Below are positions 1 to 7,092 of a stretch of 35,631 nucleotides of DNA, one piece after another (the first letter of the stretch is position 1; the number at the start of each line of letters is the position of its first letter). The stretch is from an uncultured Candidatus Saccharibacteria bacterium (GTDB taxonomy: Bacteria; Patescibacteriota; Saccharimonadia; Saccharimonadales; JANWIN01). The notes beneath the pieces were generated by a model. The model was given only the letters and a program-made list of their open reading frames with translations, did no database searches and was not told where the DNA came from. The stretch is from contig CAYYAF010000001.1 of the NCBI GenBank assembly GCA_964469975.1, positions 1 through 35,631 of the forward strand, read 5' to 3'. The translations under genes and the position numbers were made by a program.

Positions 1-39
1 TTTCTTTTTGCCATAACCGTTTTAAGTATACGAGAAAAT

Positions 40-609
40 TTAGGGTTTAGACACATTCTTATTGCTTGCAATATAAAACCGCCAAGGCTGTTGAATACCA
101 TTTTTTATACCTACGCGGATTGTTTGTACTATTTCAGCTGGCTTAACGCCAGGTTCTAAACGTAACCTGCCGCCATTGAATAAATTTGCTCCGTAATCAG
201 CCCTAGTTATGCCCATAGCCTGGACTAACTTGGCAGGGCCATTAGTTAATTGATAGATGTCGTCTATGCCTCTTCGTTTTTTCATTAAGTCAATGCCTTC
301 AACTGGCTCGAGCGCCCTAATTAGGACTGCTTGGCCACTGTTTTTAGGCCCAGTGACAATATTGAAACAGTAATGCATGCCGTATGTAAAATACACATAA
401 GCATGCCCGGCTGGGCCAAACATCACCTTATTTCGCTCAGTTTGACCTCTATATGTGTGGCTGGCTGGGTCATCAGCTTTATAAGCCTCAGTTTCAACAA
501 TTATGCCAGCGGCTATACCTTCTTTGGTTTTATGAATTAATTTACAGCCAAGTAGGTGCTTGGCAGCAGTATTTGCATCGCTTAGTATCTCTGGTAAAAA
601 TTCTGGCAT
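40..609 (-). CDS. DNA-3-methyladenine glycosylase (AAG/Mpg family)
   Basis: 189-aa ORF with ETEAY, DPASHTYRGQTERN, MFGPAGHAYVYFTYGMHYCFNIV blocks characteristic of the Mpg/AAG alkyladenine glycosylase family. Confidence 0.85.
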   Translation of the reverse strand: MPEFLPEILSDANTAAKHLLGCKLIHKTKEGIAAGIIVETEAYKADDPASHTYRGQTERNKVMFGPAGHAYVYFTYGMHYCFNIVTGPKNSGQAVLIRALEPVEGIDLMKKRRGIDDIYQLTNGPAKLVQAMGITRADYGANLFNGGRLRLEPGVKPAEIVQTIRVGIKNGIQQPWRFYIASNKNVSKP

Positions 610-695
610 TGATTTTAGTATAAAGGTTTAGATTATTTGCTTGCTATAAATTCCATCGAGTGTTTAGATATACATAAGCAGTATAAATAGAACAA

Positions 696-1844
696 ATGCA
701 ACCAGAACCAAGCCAACCAAATTCAACTCAACCCCTTGCTCCTAATCCTTCTACACAATCCCAGCAAAACCCTTTGCATGCTGCTGAACCTACACAACAG
801 CCAACTTTTCAACAAGTGCCAGTACAACCTACAGCCACACCAGCGCCTATTCCCATCCAGCCCGTAACACAATCTGCGGTAGTAGCTACTCAAGCAGCAC
901 CAACTAATGCCAATTTAAATACGCCAAACGTTATCGTTATGCAGTGGCTTACTTATGCTTTTTGGGGCTGGACAGCACTTGTTTTATCAATTTTGACTGC
1001 CACTGTTTTAGCCAATTTCATCAGCGGCGCAGAAACAGGTGGTTTTACACCTTACGCTGCCGCTGCCGTACTCGTGTTACTGCCTATTTCATTTGTGTGT
1101 GATCTATTCTATTCCAAGCATGAACCCGAAAAGAAAACTGGTGCCGCCATGATTGTGATGGTAATACATGCTGTATTATTTGCTCTATTCGCAGTCGGCT
1201 CGCTTATAGGGATAGTTTTTTCAATAGTACAGTTGCTTACAAGCAGATCGGATTCATCTGGTACCCTAACTGCCCTTTATACATCGATTATTATTGCGAT
1301 TATTTACGCTTTAATTTTAATCAGAACTATAAATCCACCAAAATTCAAATGGATACCTAAGTCTTATAGGATAACTATGGTGATAATTGTAGGAACTATT
1401 AGTTTGTTGGGGTTCATAGGACCTGTTGCTCACGCAAGACAAACACGTACCGATCGCTTAATTGAGTCAGAAATTGGTTCTGTTTCATCATCTATTGATA
1501 ATTACGCTAATACCAATAAACATCTGCCAGATGATCTAACTACTATTACCTTAAACGGCGATGCTAAGTTATTAGTAACAGATAACCTGGTGGAATACAC
1601 TCCTAATTCACTATCACCGAGCACTACATCTAACCAGTACGGTGTTAATTATCAGACTATAAGTACAACTACAACCTATTACTACACTTTGTGTACTACC
1701 TATAAAAAGGCAAAAGAAAATAAATATAACACCTATAACTCATCAACCCTAGATGGTTACACAACTTATGTTTCAGCCTACAGCCATCCAGCTGGACATG
1801 TTTGTTACAAACTAAAAACTACTACGTATAGTTACTCTAAATAA
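696..1844 (+). CDS. Polytopic membrane protein: P/Q-rich N-terminus, about 5 TM helices, Thr/Tyr-rich C-terminal domain with pilin-like features
   Basis: 382-aa ORF. Residues 1-75 are low-complexity P/Q/T. Hydrophobic segments follow. After the last TM comes ARQTRTDRLIESEIGSVSSSIDNYANTNKHLP, which resembles the post-helix start of Gram-positive pilin/pseudopilin globular domains. There are two Cys about 40 aa apart near the C-terminus. No SD; a TATAAAT box ends 7-8 nt before the ATG. Confidence 0.6.
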   Translation: MQPEPSQPNSTQPLAPNPSTQSQQNPLHAAEPTQQPTFQQVPVQPTATPAPIPIQPVTQSAVVATQAAPTNANLNTPNVIVMQWLTYAFWGWTALVLSILTATVLANFISGAETGGFTPYAAAAVLVLLPISFVCDLFYSKHEPEKKTGAAMIVMVIHAVLFALFAVGSLIGIVFSIVQLLTSRSDSSGTLTALYTSIIIAIIYALILIRTINPPKFKWIPKSYRITMVIIVGTISLLGFIGPVAHARQTRTDRLIESEIGSVSSSIDNYANTNKHLPDDLTTITLNGDAKLLVTDNLVEYTPNSLSPSTTSNQYGVNYQTISTTTTYYYTLCTTYKKAKENKYNTYNSSTLDGYTTYVSAYSHPAGHVCYKLKTTTYSYSK

Positions 1845-1855
1845 AACTATCAGTC

Positions 1856-2131
1856 TTATAAAAAAATGTGATTAAAAACTAGTAGTAAAAGTACTAACAG
1901 GCCAATTAAGCGCCTAAAATAATTTGCTCCTTGGGTAAACTCTAAAACCGCCCAAACAACTAGTGCTATTAAAGATATAAAGCCTGCCGACTTAGAAAGC
2001 CAGCCGCTTGGCAGCAGCCAATTGGCAACCATGGCTAAAAACCAGGTAGTTAGCCAAATGTTGGGTTTTTGCCAAACCACAAAATGGCCACGTTTATCTT
2101 CCCAAAATTTATGGCTAAATGATCGGCTCAT
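1856..2131 (-). CDS. Small membrane protein (2 predicted TM), unknown function
   Basis: 91-aa ORF with two Trp-rich hydrophobic segments, 18 nt downstream of the preceding minus-strand gene. Confidence 0.5.
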   Translation of the reverse strand: MSRSFSHKFWEDKRGHFVVWQKPNIWLTTWFLAMVANWLLPSGWLSKSAGFISLIALVVWAVLEFTQGANYFRRLIGLLVLLLLVFNHIFL

Positions 2132-2149
2132 TAAGCTTATTTTAACAGC

Positions 2150-2842
2150 TCAAGCAGCTATTACGTCTGGTATTAGCCACAAATTTTTTCGTAAAACAAA
2201 TTCACCCATGATTTTTCCCACTTGATGCGGTGCTGCTTCAACGGATTCTATAAAATTAATTTCTGGCATATAGCTGTCTATTTTTTCCATTTCATTTTCT
2301 TGGTCGGCAAGAATATTAAACAATACCTCACTCATATATTCATTGTTAATAATTTCTAAAGTATTGCCTTTGCCTCTAGCAATAATTAAACGTTTGTATG
2401 GTACGTGAAGATCCTCTTCTGCAGCTCTACGAGCTTTTTTAAAAAGTGAGCTAGCAATTTCCCAAGCCTCAATTCTTTGTTCCATAACTTCAACTTCCGG
2501 TACTGGAGGTGGCTCAACAACTTCATGCATCCAATTATGAAATTCTATGGGCAGGTACCCTTTGCTTACAGTAAGCTCTCTAAATTTTTTCATCTTAGAC
2601 GTTATTCTGGCCCTTCTATGCTTGTAGTTGCTTTTTGGCCAATAGAAATGATGTTCGTTACTATTTATGGGCCATTCGTAGTTAGAATCTACTGTTGCTT
2701 TTACTAAGGAAATGAGCTCATTAACATCAACTATACCCCTGTCGTCAACAGGTGTCTCAAGTCTTTCTTTTTTTGGATCAATAAGCCGTACGTGCTTAGG
2801 TGGTAGGTAGGCGGACTGCGGTTTTTCAGCAGCCCTAAACAT
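2150..2842 (-). CDS. Hypothetical soluble protein with a possible cysteine-less HNH-like motif
   Basis: 230-aa ORF with GGAGG 7 nt upstream of the ATG and its own promoter-like element. The motif EHHFYWP...(30 aa)...LPIEFHNWMH lines up with the HH...LCxxCHxxxH pattern of HNH nucleases, but without the cysteines. Confidence 0.6.
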   Translation of the reverse strand: MFRAAEKPQSAYLPPKHVRLIDPKKERLETPVDDRGIVDVNELISLVKATVDSNYEWPINSNEHHFYWPKSNYKHRRARITSKMKKFRELTVSKGYLPIEFHNWMHEVVEPPPVPEVEVMEQRIEAWEIASSLFKKARRAAEEDLHVPYKRLIIARGKGNTLEIINNEYMSEVLFNILADQENEMEKIDSYMPEINFIESVEAAPHQVGKIMGEFVLRKNLWLIPDVIAA

Positions 2843-2891
2843 TAGTTGGCCTCCACCCCTAGTTTTTGTTTTGTGCTTATCATTTAACTGT

Positions 2892-2920
2892 ATTTAAACA
2901 CGGTTAGCCATAAGCGTCAA
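2892..2920 (-). promoter_or_regulatory. Sigma70-like promoter for the 2150..2842 gene
   Basis: On the minus strand, TTGACG-N17-TTAAAT lies about 45 nt upstream of the GGAGG/ATG. Confidence 0.45.
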
Positions 2921-2935
2921 GCCTAAACTTAGTAT

Positions 2936-4093
2936 TTATTTTTTATAGTCCACCTTTAGGGGGTGAGAAGGCTTTGGAACCCTGCCAAATGATTCTACCA
3001 GTATCATTCCTGTACCCATTGTTATTGCTACAAAAATTGCGAATAGCCCAAGGATTGGAATTAGGTAAACAACCAGTACTACCGCTGCCCCAACTAGCAT
3101 AATCAGCACCGGCAAGTCTGAGTTGCGCAGGATTAATCGGCCAGTAAAGTAGGCAAAGAACGGACCACTTAAAACTAAGGTCATAAACCATGCCAAACCG
3201 AATAACAGCGCTAAAGGAATTCCAACTACTGTAAGCATCAATGCAATAAATAATATAGGGGCAGCAAATAGTGCTACAAATCCGACTAACAATGATCGCC
3301 AAGGATGTGAAAGTCCTTGCTGGCTAGTAGCATGAAAAGCGCGTGGGAACAGTAGCGACAGAACTACGCTGAGTAAGAGTAAGGACAAGAACATGTAAAG
3401 AGCCCAAACAAATGTTACAGCCACAGGCGCAAAGTATTTGCGAGAACTCGGAGATGGCGATGTTCTGGTTACTTTACCATTAACTTTTGCGCCTTCTTCA
3501 ATATTTGCATCATTATTACTCGTATAGTTTAGGTTACCGCCAACTGTTGCAGTAGAACTAAGCGTTAATTTATCTACGTTTGCCTTTACATCGCGGCCAA
3601 TTGAGCTTGTTATGTTTACATCGCGGCCATTTAGTAGCGTATCTCTGCCCACCTTGCCGTTAACGTTTAAGTCACCAGACGAGGCTGTTAGGTCGTTAAC
3701 TACCGATCCGGTAGATTCAAGAGTAAAACTTTGGCCGGCGGCAGTTACGCTATGACCAACTTTGGCGTTAATGCTAATTGTCTGACCGGCTGCTCTAATG
3801 TCGCCATCCACCGTACCGCTAATATGTAGATTTTGGCCGGCGCAAATTATGTCACCCTTAACATTGGCATTGACGGTAATATTTTGGCCGGCGCAAAACA
3901 AGTCGCCGTTAATTGTTCCGTTAATATCCAGTGTACGGCCAGCCGCATAAAAGGAGCCGTCAATAGTTTTAGACTCAGGTACATTTACATTAGTTCCGGT
4001 TTGGAAACTTTGACCCTTGGCTTTGCCCATAATGCCAAACACTGTAAACACAGCAGTCACAAACACCGCCGCTAAAATTGCTCGCCGTTTCAT
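2936..4093 (-). CDS. Membrane protein with N-terminal signal/anchor, bactofilin-like (polymer-forming cytoskeletal) beta-helix repeats and a C-terminal polytopic domain
   Basis: 385-aa ORF with AGGAGG SD. The 17-aa repeats NGDLFCAGQNITV / KGDIICAGQNLHI / DGDIRAAGQTISI / GHSVTAAGQSFTL are followed by about 5-6 hydrophobic helices. Confidence 0.7.
   Translation of the reverse strand: MKRRAILAAVFVTAVFTVFGIMGKAKGQSFQTGTNVNVPESKTIDGSFYAAGRTLDINGTINGDLFCAGQNITVNANVKGDIICAGQNLHISGTVDGDIRAAGQTISINAKVGHSVTAAGQSFTLESTGSVVNDLTASSGDLNVNGKVGRDTLLNGRDVNITSSIGRDVKANVDKLTLSSTATVGGNLNYTSNNDANIEEGAKVNGKVTRTSPSPSSRKYFAPVAVTFVWALYMFLSLLLLSVVLSLLFPRAFHATSQQGLSHPWRSLLVGFVALFAAPILFIALMLTVVGIPLALLFGLAWFMTLVLSGPFFAYFTGRLILRNSDLPVLIMLVGAAVVLVVYLIPILGLFAIFVAITMGTGMILVESFGRVPKPSHPLKVDYKK
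3719..3925 (-). repeat. In-frame 51-nt periodic repeat encoding the beta-helix rungs
   Basis: ttttggccggcgcaaa occurs at 3831 and again at 3882, exactly 51 nt apart. A degenerate copy lies near 3780. This matches the 17-aa protein repeat. Confidence 0.7.
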
Positions 4094-4203
4094 AACAGAC
4101 CTCCTATTACCTATTTTTATTATATACCTAGCCGCAAGTTATTATTTGACTATTTAGTGAATAATATTACATACAAATCGTGTCAAACTATATACTCTAA
4201 TGC

Positions 4204-4758
4204 ATGCATAAGTGGTTTTGGGTGGTAGTCATCGCTTTATTTATTGGTCTTGGAGCGTTCGCCGGGATCAAAGTTTTACATAAGGAGGAGCAAGTGCAAA
4301 AAACTAATAATAAAGGGACGCTTTCTTTGGCGAGCCCCGTATTTACTAATGGTGAAACTATACCCTCAAAATTTAGCTGTAAAGGAGAAAACGTTAATCC
4401 TCCACTTATAATTAAGGGTGTTCCTGAGCAAACTAAGAGTTTAGTAATTATTATGCACGACCCAGATGCGCCCAGTGGTGACTTTATCCATTGGTTAGTA
4501 TGGAACATTAGCCCTCAGATTGCCGGCATTAAAGAAAACAGTGTTCCTAATGAAGCCGTACAGGGAACCACTAGTTTTGGCGAAACTATGTATAGCGGTC
4601 CCTGCCCTCCCAGTGGTAGTCATCGTTATATTTTTGATTTATATGCCTTGGATGATATTTTGAGTACCTCCGAACGCACAGATAAAGATTCATTAATGAA
4701 GGTTATGCAAGGACATATTTTGAATCAAACAACACTTACTGGGTTGTTTGGCGAGTAG
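4204..4758 (+). CDS. YbhB/YbcL-family PEBP (Raf kinase inhibitor-like) protein with N-terminal membrane anchor
   Basis: 184-aa ORF with hydrophobic N-terminus, then HDPDAPSGDFIHW and GPCPPSGSHRYIFDLYALD, the PEBP signature blocks. Confidence 0.85.
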   Translation: MHKWFWVVVIALFIGLGAFAGIKVLHKEEQVQKTNNKGTLSLASPVFTNGETIPSKFSCKGENVNPPLIIKGVPEQTKSLVIIMHDPDAPSGDFIHWLVWNISPQIAGIKENSVPNEAVQGTTSFGETMYSGPCPPSGSHRYIFDLYALDDILSTSERTDKDSLMKVMQGHILNQTTLTGLFGE

Positions 4759-5403
4759 TTAGGCCAATATATTAACTGCGCGCGCAGTTACCAATACAAC
4801 AACTACAAGCGATGTTACGGATTGTGAAGTCATTAATAGCTTTGCCCTATGAGTCAGCGGCATCGTATCGGTTGGGCTAAAAGCCGAAGCATTAGTTACA
4901 GAAACAAATAAATAGTCAAAAAAAGCCGGTTCCCAGTTAGTCTGCTTAGTAACTGAGCTATCTAGGCTCATTTGCGGAAATAAGAAATCACGCTCTGCTT
5001 CTTCTACGTTATCTAGTTCCCAGTACCACAAACCAAACATAATAATGTTAGTCAAATAAATGGTTACAGCCGAAACAATTAATTCGTGTCCCGTAATTGT
5101 TCCGCCATTGAATAAGGCATCTAGAATTACGACAAGCGAGCCAATATTAACTATGGAAATTAATGCGATCAATGCCACTGCCAATGTGCGCCTTACATGA
5201 AATCTAGTTGAATGTTGGCCCGGCCTTATAACTGCCAAAGCTAGTAGTAACAGAACTTCAAAACCAGCAATCGCATACTTTGGCCCCACGGTTAGACTGT
5301 TATTTAAGGAAAGTTGCAAACCTATAGCTACCAGCACAGCTAATTGCACATGCCAAATTGGTTCAGTTAAAACACCTCTGCGATGAAGATGTGCCAGTTT
5401 CAT
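4759..5403 (-). CDS. DUF1345-family membrane protein
   Basis: 214-aa ORF with multiple TM helices. The C-terminal FDYLFVSVTNASAFSPTDTMPLTHRAKLLMTSQS block is typical of DUF1345. Its stop codon directly abuts the PEBP stop (convergent). Confidence 0.65.
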   Translation of the reverse strand: MKLAHLHRRGVLTEPIWHVQLAVLVAIGLQLSLNNSLTVGPKYAIAGFEVLLLLALAVIRPGQHSTRFHVRRTLAVALIALISIVNIGSLVVILDALFNGGTITGHELIVSAVTIYLTNIIMFGLWYWELDNVEEAERDFLFPQMSLDSSVTKQTNWEPAFFDYLFVSVTNASAFSPTDTMPLTHRAKLLMTSQSVTSLVVVVLVTARAVNILA

Positions 5404-5442
5404 TAATTAAATAGTATCACACTAGGATAGTAGCGCTGTTCT

Positions 5443-5451
5443 TGCTATAAT
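5443..5451 (+). promoter_or_regulatory. Extended -10 promoter (TGcTATAAT) for tRNA-Gln
   Basis: TGCTATAAT ends 12 nt upstream of the first tRNA nucleotide. Confidence 0.55.
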
Positions 5452-5463
5452 TTCCCCTGTTAA

Positions 5464-5537
5464 TTCGGGATCGTCTAATGGTAGGACAACGGGTTCTGGA
5501 CCCGTTAATCTAGGTTCGAATCCTAGTCCCGAAGCCA
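5464..5537 (+). tRNA. tRNA-Gln (anticodon CTG), CCA encoded
   Basis: Hand-folded cloverleaf: acceptor ttcggga/tcccgaa (U1:A72), D arm gtct-aatggta-ggac, anticodon arm acggg-ttCTGga-cccgt, T arm ctagg-ttcgaat-cctag, discriminator G, then CCA. 74 nt. Confidence 0.85.
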
Positions 5538-5540
5538 GAG

Positions 5541-5656
5541 GATCGGGGTGAGAAATGCCAGCGGCATTTTGCAAGGAAACTTTCCTATGGCAACTTGTTG
5601 CCAATAGTGAAATTTCGGGCCTGCTGAAGGTAGGTCGAATCCCTCATCCCAAGCCA
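5541..5656 (+). ncRNA. Unclassified structured element with a tRNA-like 3' end (candidate ncRNA or degenerate tRNA)
   Basis: An 8-bp closing helix pairs 5545-5552 with 5643-5650. Three internal hairpins: aaatgcc-agc-ggcattt at 5553-5569, aggaa-act-ttcct at 5574-5586, and ctatggcaa-cttg-ttgccaatag at 5585-5607. The 3' end ggtcgaatccctcatcccaaGCCA resembles the tRNA-Gln T arm, acceptor and CCA. It does not fold as a canonical cloverleaf. Confidence 0.3.
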
Positions 5657-5710
5657 ACTTACACACCGAAGACAACGATAAACATGAAGGCCAGAATAAT
5701 ATAACTATCG

Positions 5711-7087
5711 TTATGGAGCAGAAGAATTGAGGGCTATGTCTGGCGCTTTGCCGATATATGTTTGGGGTGTTAATTCAAGTAGTCTCTCTTTTGCATCTGT
5801 TGGTAAGTCTAGTCCCTCAACCAATCCTAAATAGTCAGCTTGCGTTAGCGCTTTGCCGCGCGAAGCAGCCTTAATAGCCTCATACGCACCAGTTACTCCA
5901 TAACGACGCATAACGGTTTGGACAGCTTCAGTGAGAACTGACCATTCTTCACTTAATTCTTCACCGATTCTTTCGAAGTCTGGATTGACCTTACCTAAAC
6001 CTCGCTTTAGTGACTTATGAGCTACATGTGTGTGGCCAAAGGCTTCGCCTATGGTTCGCTGTGCAGAAGAGTCACTTAAATCTCTCTGTAAACGAGAAAT
6101 AGGTAACTTACTTGACAGGAAAGTAAGTAGTGCATTGGCCGCTCCAAAATTAGCCTCAGCATTTTCAAAATCAATAGGATTAACTTTGTGGGGCATCGTT
6201 GAAGAGCCGACTTCACCGGCTATAACTTGCTGTTTGAAAACACCATTGGATATATACGCCCACATATCGCGCGACAAGTCAGTCATGATTGTGTTATTCA
6301 AAGCTATCTCGTTAAATAATACGGCCATCCAGTCATGCGGTTCTATCTGGGTAGTTGTTTCGTTAAAATCGAAACCTAGGCTTTCCACAAATCTTTTGGA
6401 CAGAGCTGGCCAGTCAACTTCGGGATAAGCAAATGTGACAGCATTGTAGTTGCCAGAGGCTCCATTGAACTTACCTAAAATTGCGGCTGAGCCCAAACGC
6501 CCAATACTACCAGATAATCGCTCAGAGAATACGGCCATCTCTTTGCCAAGTGTTGTTGGTGTGGCAGGTTGACCGTGTGTCTTCGCCAACATAGGAATAT
6601 CTGCATATGCATGAGCCTTTTGAGACAAATCGGCTTCAACAGCCTCAATGCCAGGTACCAAGACCTGATCTCTAGCATCGCGCATCATCATCGAATAGGC
6701 TAGATTGTTAATGTCTTCAGAGGTACAACCAAAATGTATGAGTTCAAGGTGTGATTCAAAACCAGGATTTCCACTGAGCCGTTCTCTTAGCCACATCTCC
6801 GCCGCCTTTACGTCATGATTGGTTGTTCGTTCAATTTCCTTAACGCGGGTAGCGTCTTCGGCGCTGAACGATTCAACAACAATATATAGTTCGCTTATTG
6901 CTTCGTCACTTAGAGGCTCTACGCCAGGAATCCCAGCAGCAGATAATGTACTGAGCCAACCTGCCTCCACGGCAATTCGGTACCTAATCAAGCCATACTC
7001 AGAAACTATGGGAGACAAAGCTTCAACCTTATCACTGTAGCGGCCATCAAGTGGCGTAACTGCAAGTAATTGTTCTTGTACTCCCAT
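5711..7087 (-). CDS. purB: Adenylosuccinate lyase
   Basis: 458-aa ORF with the fumarate-lyase signature GSSTMPHKVNP and a PurB-type N-terminus (PLDGRYS). Starts 5 nt after the purH stop. Confidence 0.9.
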   Translation of the reverse strand: MGVQEQLLAVTPLDGRYSDKVEALSPIVSEYGLIRYRIAVEAGWLSTLSAAGIPGVEPLSDEAISELYIVVESFSAEDATRVKEIERTTNHDVKAAEMWLRERLSGNPGFESHLELIHFGCTSEDINNLAYSMMMRDARDQVLVPGIEAVEADLSQKAHAYADIPMLAKTHGQPATPTTLGKEMAVFSERLSGSIGRLGSAAILGKFNGASGNYNAVTFAYPEVDWPALSKRFVESLGFDFNETTTQIEPHDWMAVLFNEIALNNTIMTDLSRDMWAYISNGVFKQQVIAGEVGSSTMPHKVNPIDFENAEANFGAANALLTFLSSKLPISRLQRDLSDSSAQRTIGEAFGHTHVAHKSLKRGLGKVNPDFERIGEELSEEWSVLTEAVQTVMRRYGVTGAYEAIKAASRGKALTQADYLGLVEGLDLPTDAKERLLELTPQTYIGKAPDIALNSSAP

Positions 7088-7092
7088 AATCT

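Noticed and set aside
2943-4508. Alternative-frame or antisense ORFs 2943..3302(-), 3833..4075(+) and 4197..4508(-).
   Set aside because: They are embedded in the well-supported bactofilin-like and PEBP genes and have no independent signals.
4773-4790. Perfect 18-nt palindrome taactgcgcgcgcagtta just past the PEBP stop.
   Set aside because: It lies within the DUF1345 3' coding region and has no flanking T-run. At most it is a weak shared hairpin for the convergent genes. It does not recur elsewhere in the window.
5422-5604. 60-aa minus-strand ORF from the track.
   Set aside because: It lies entirely over the tRNA-Gln gene and the adjacent structured element, so it is an artefact of an open antisense frame.
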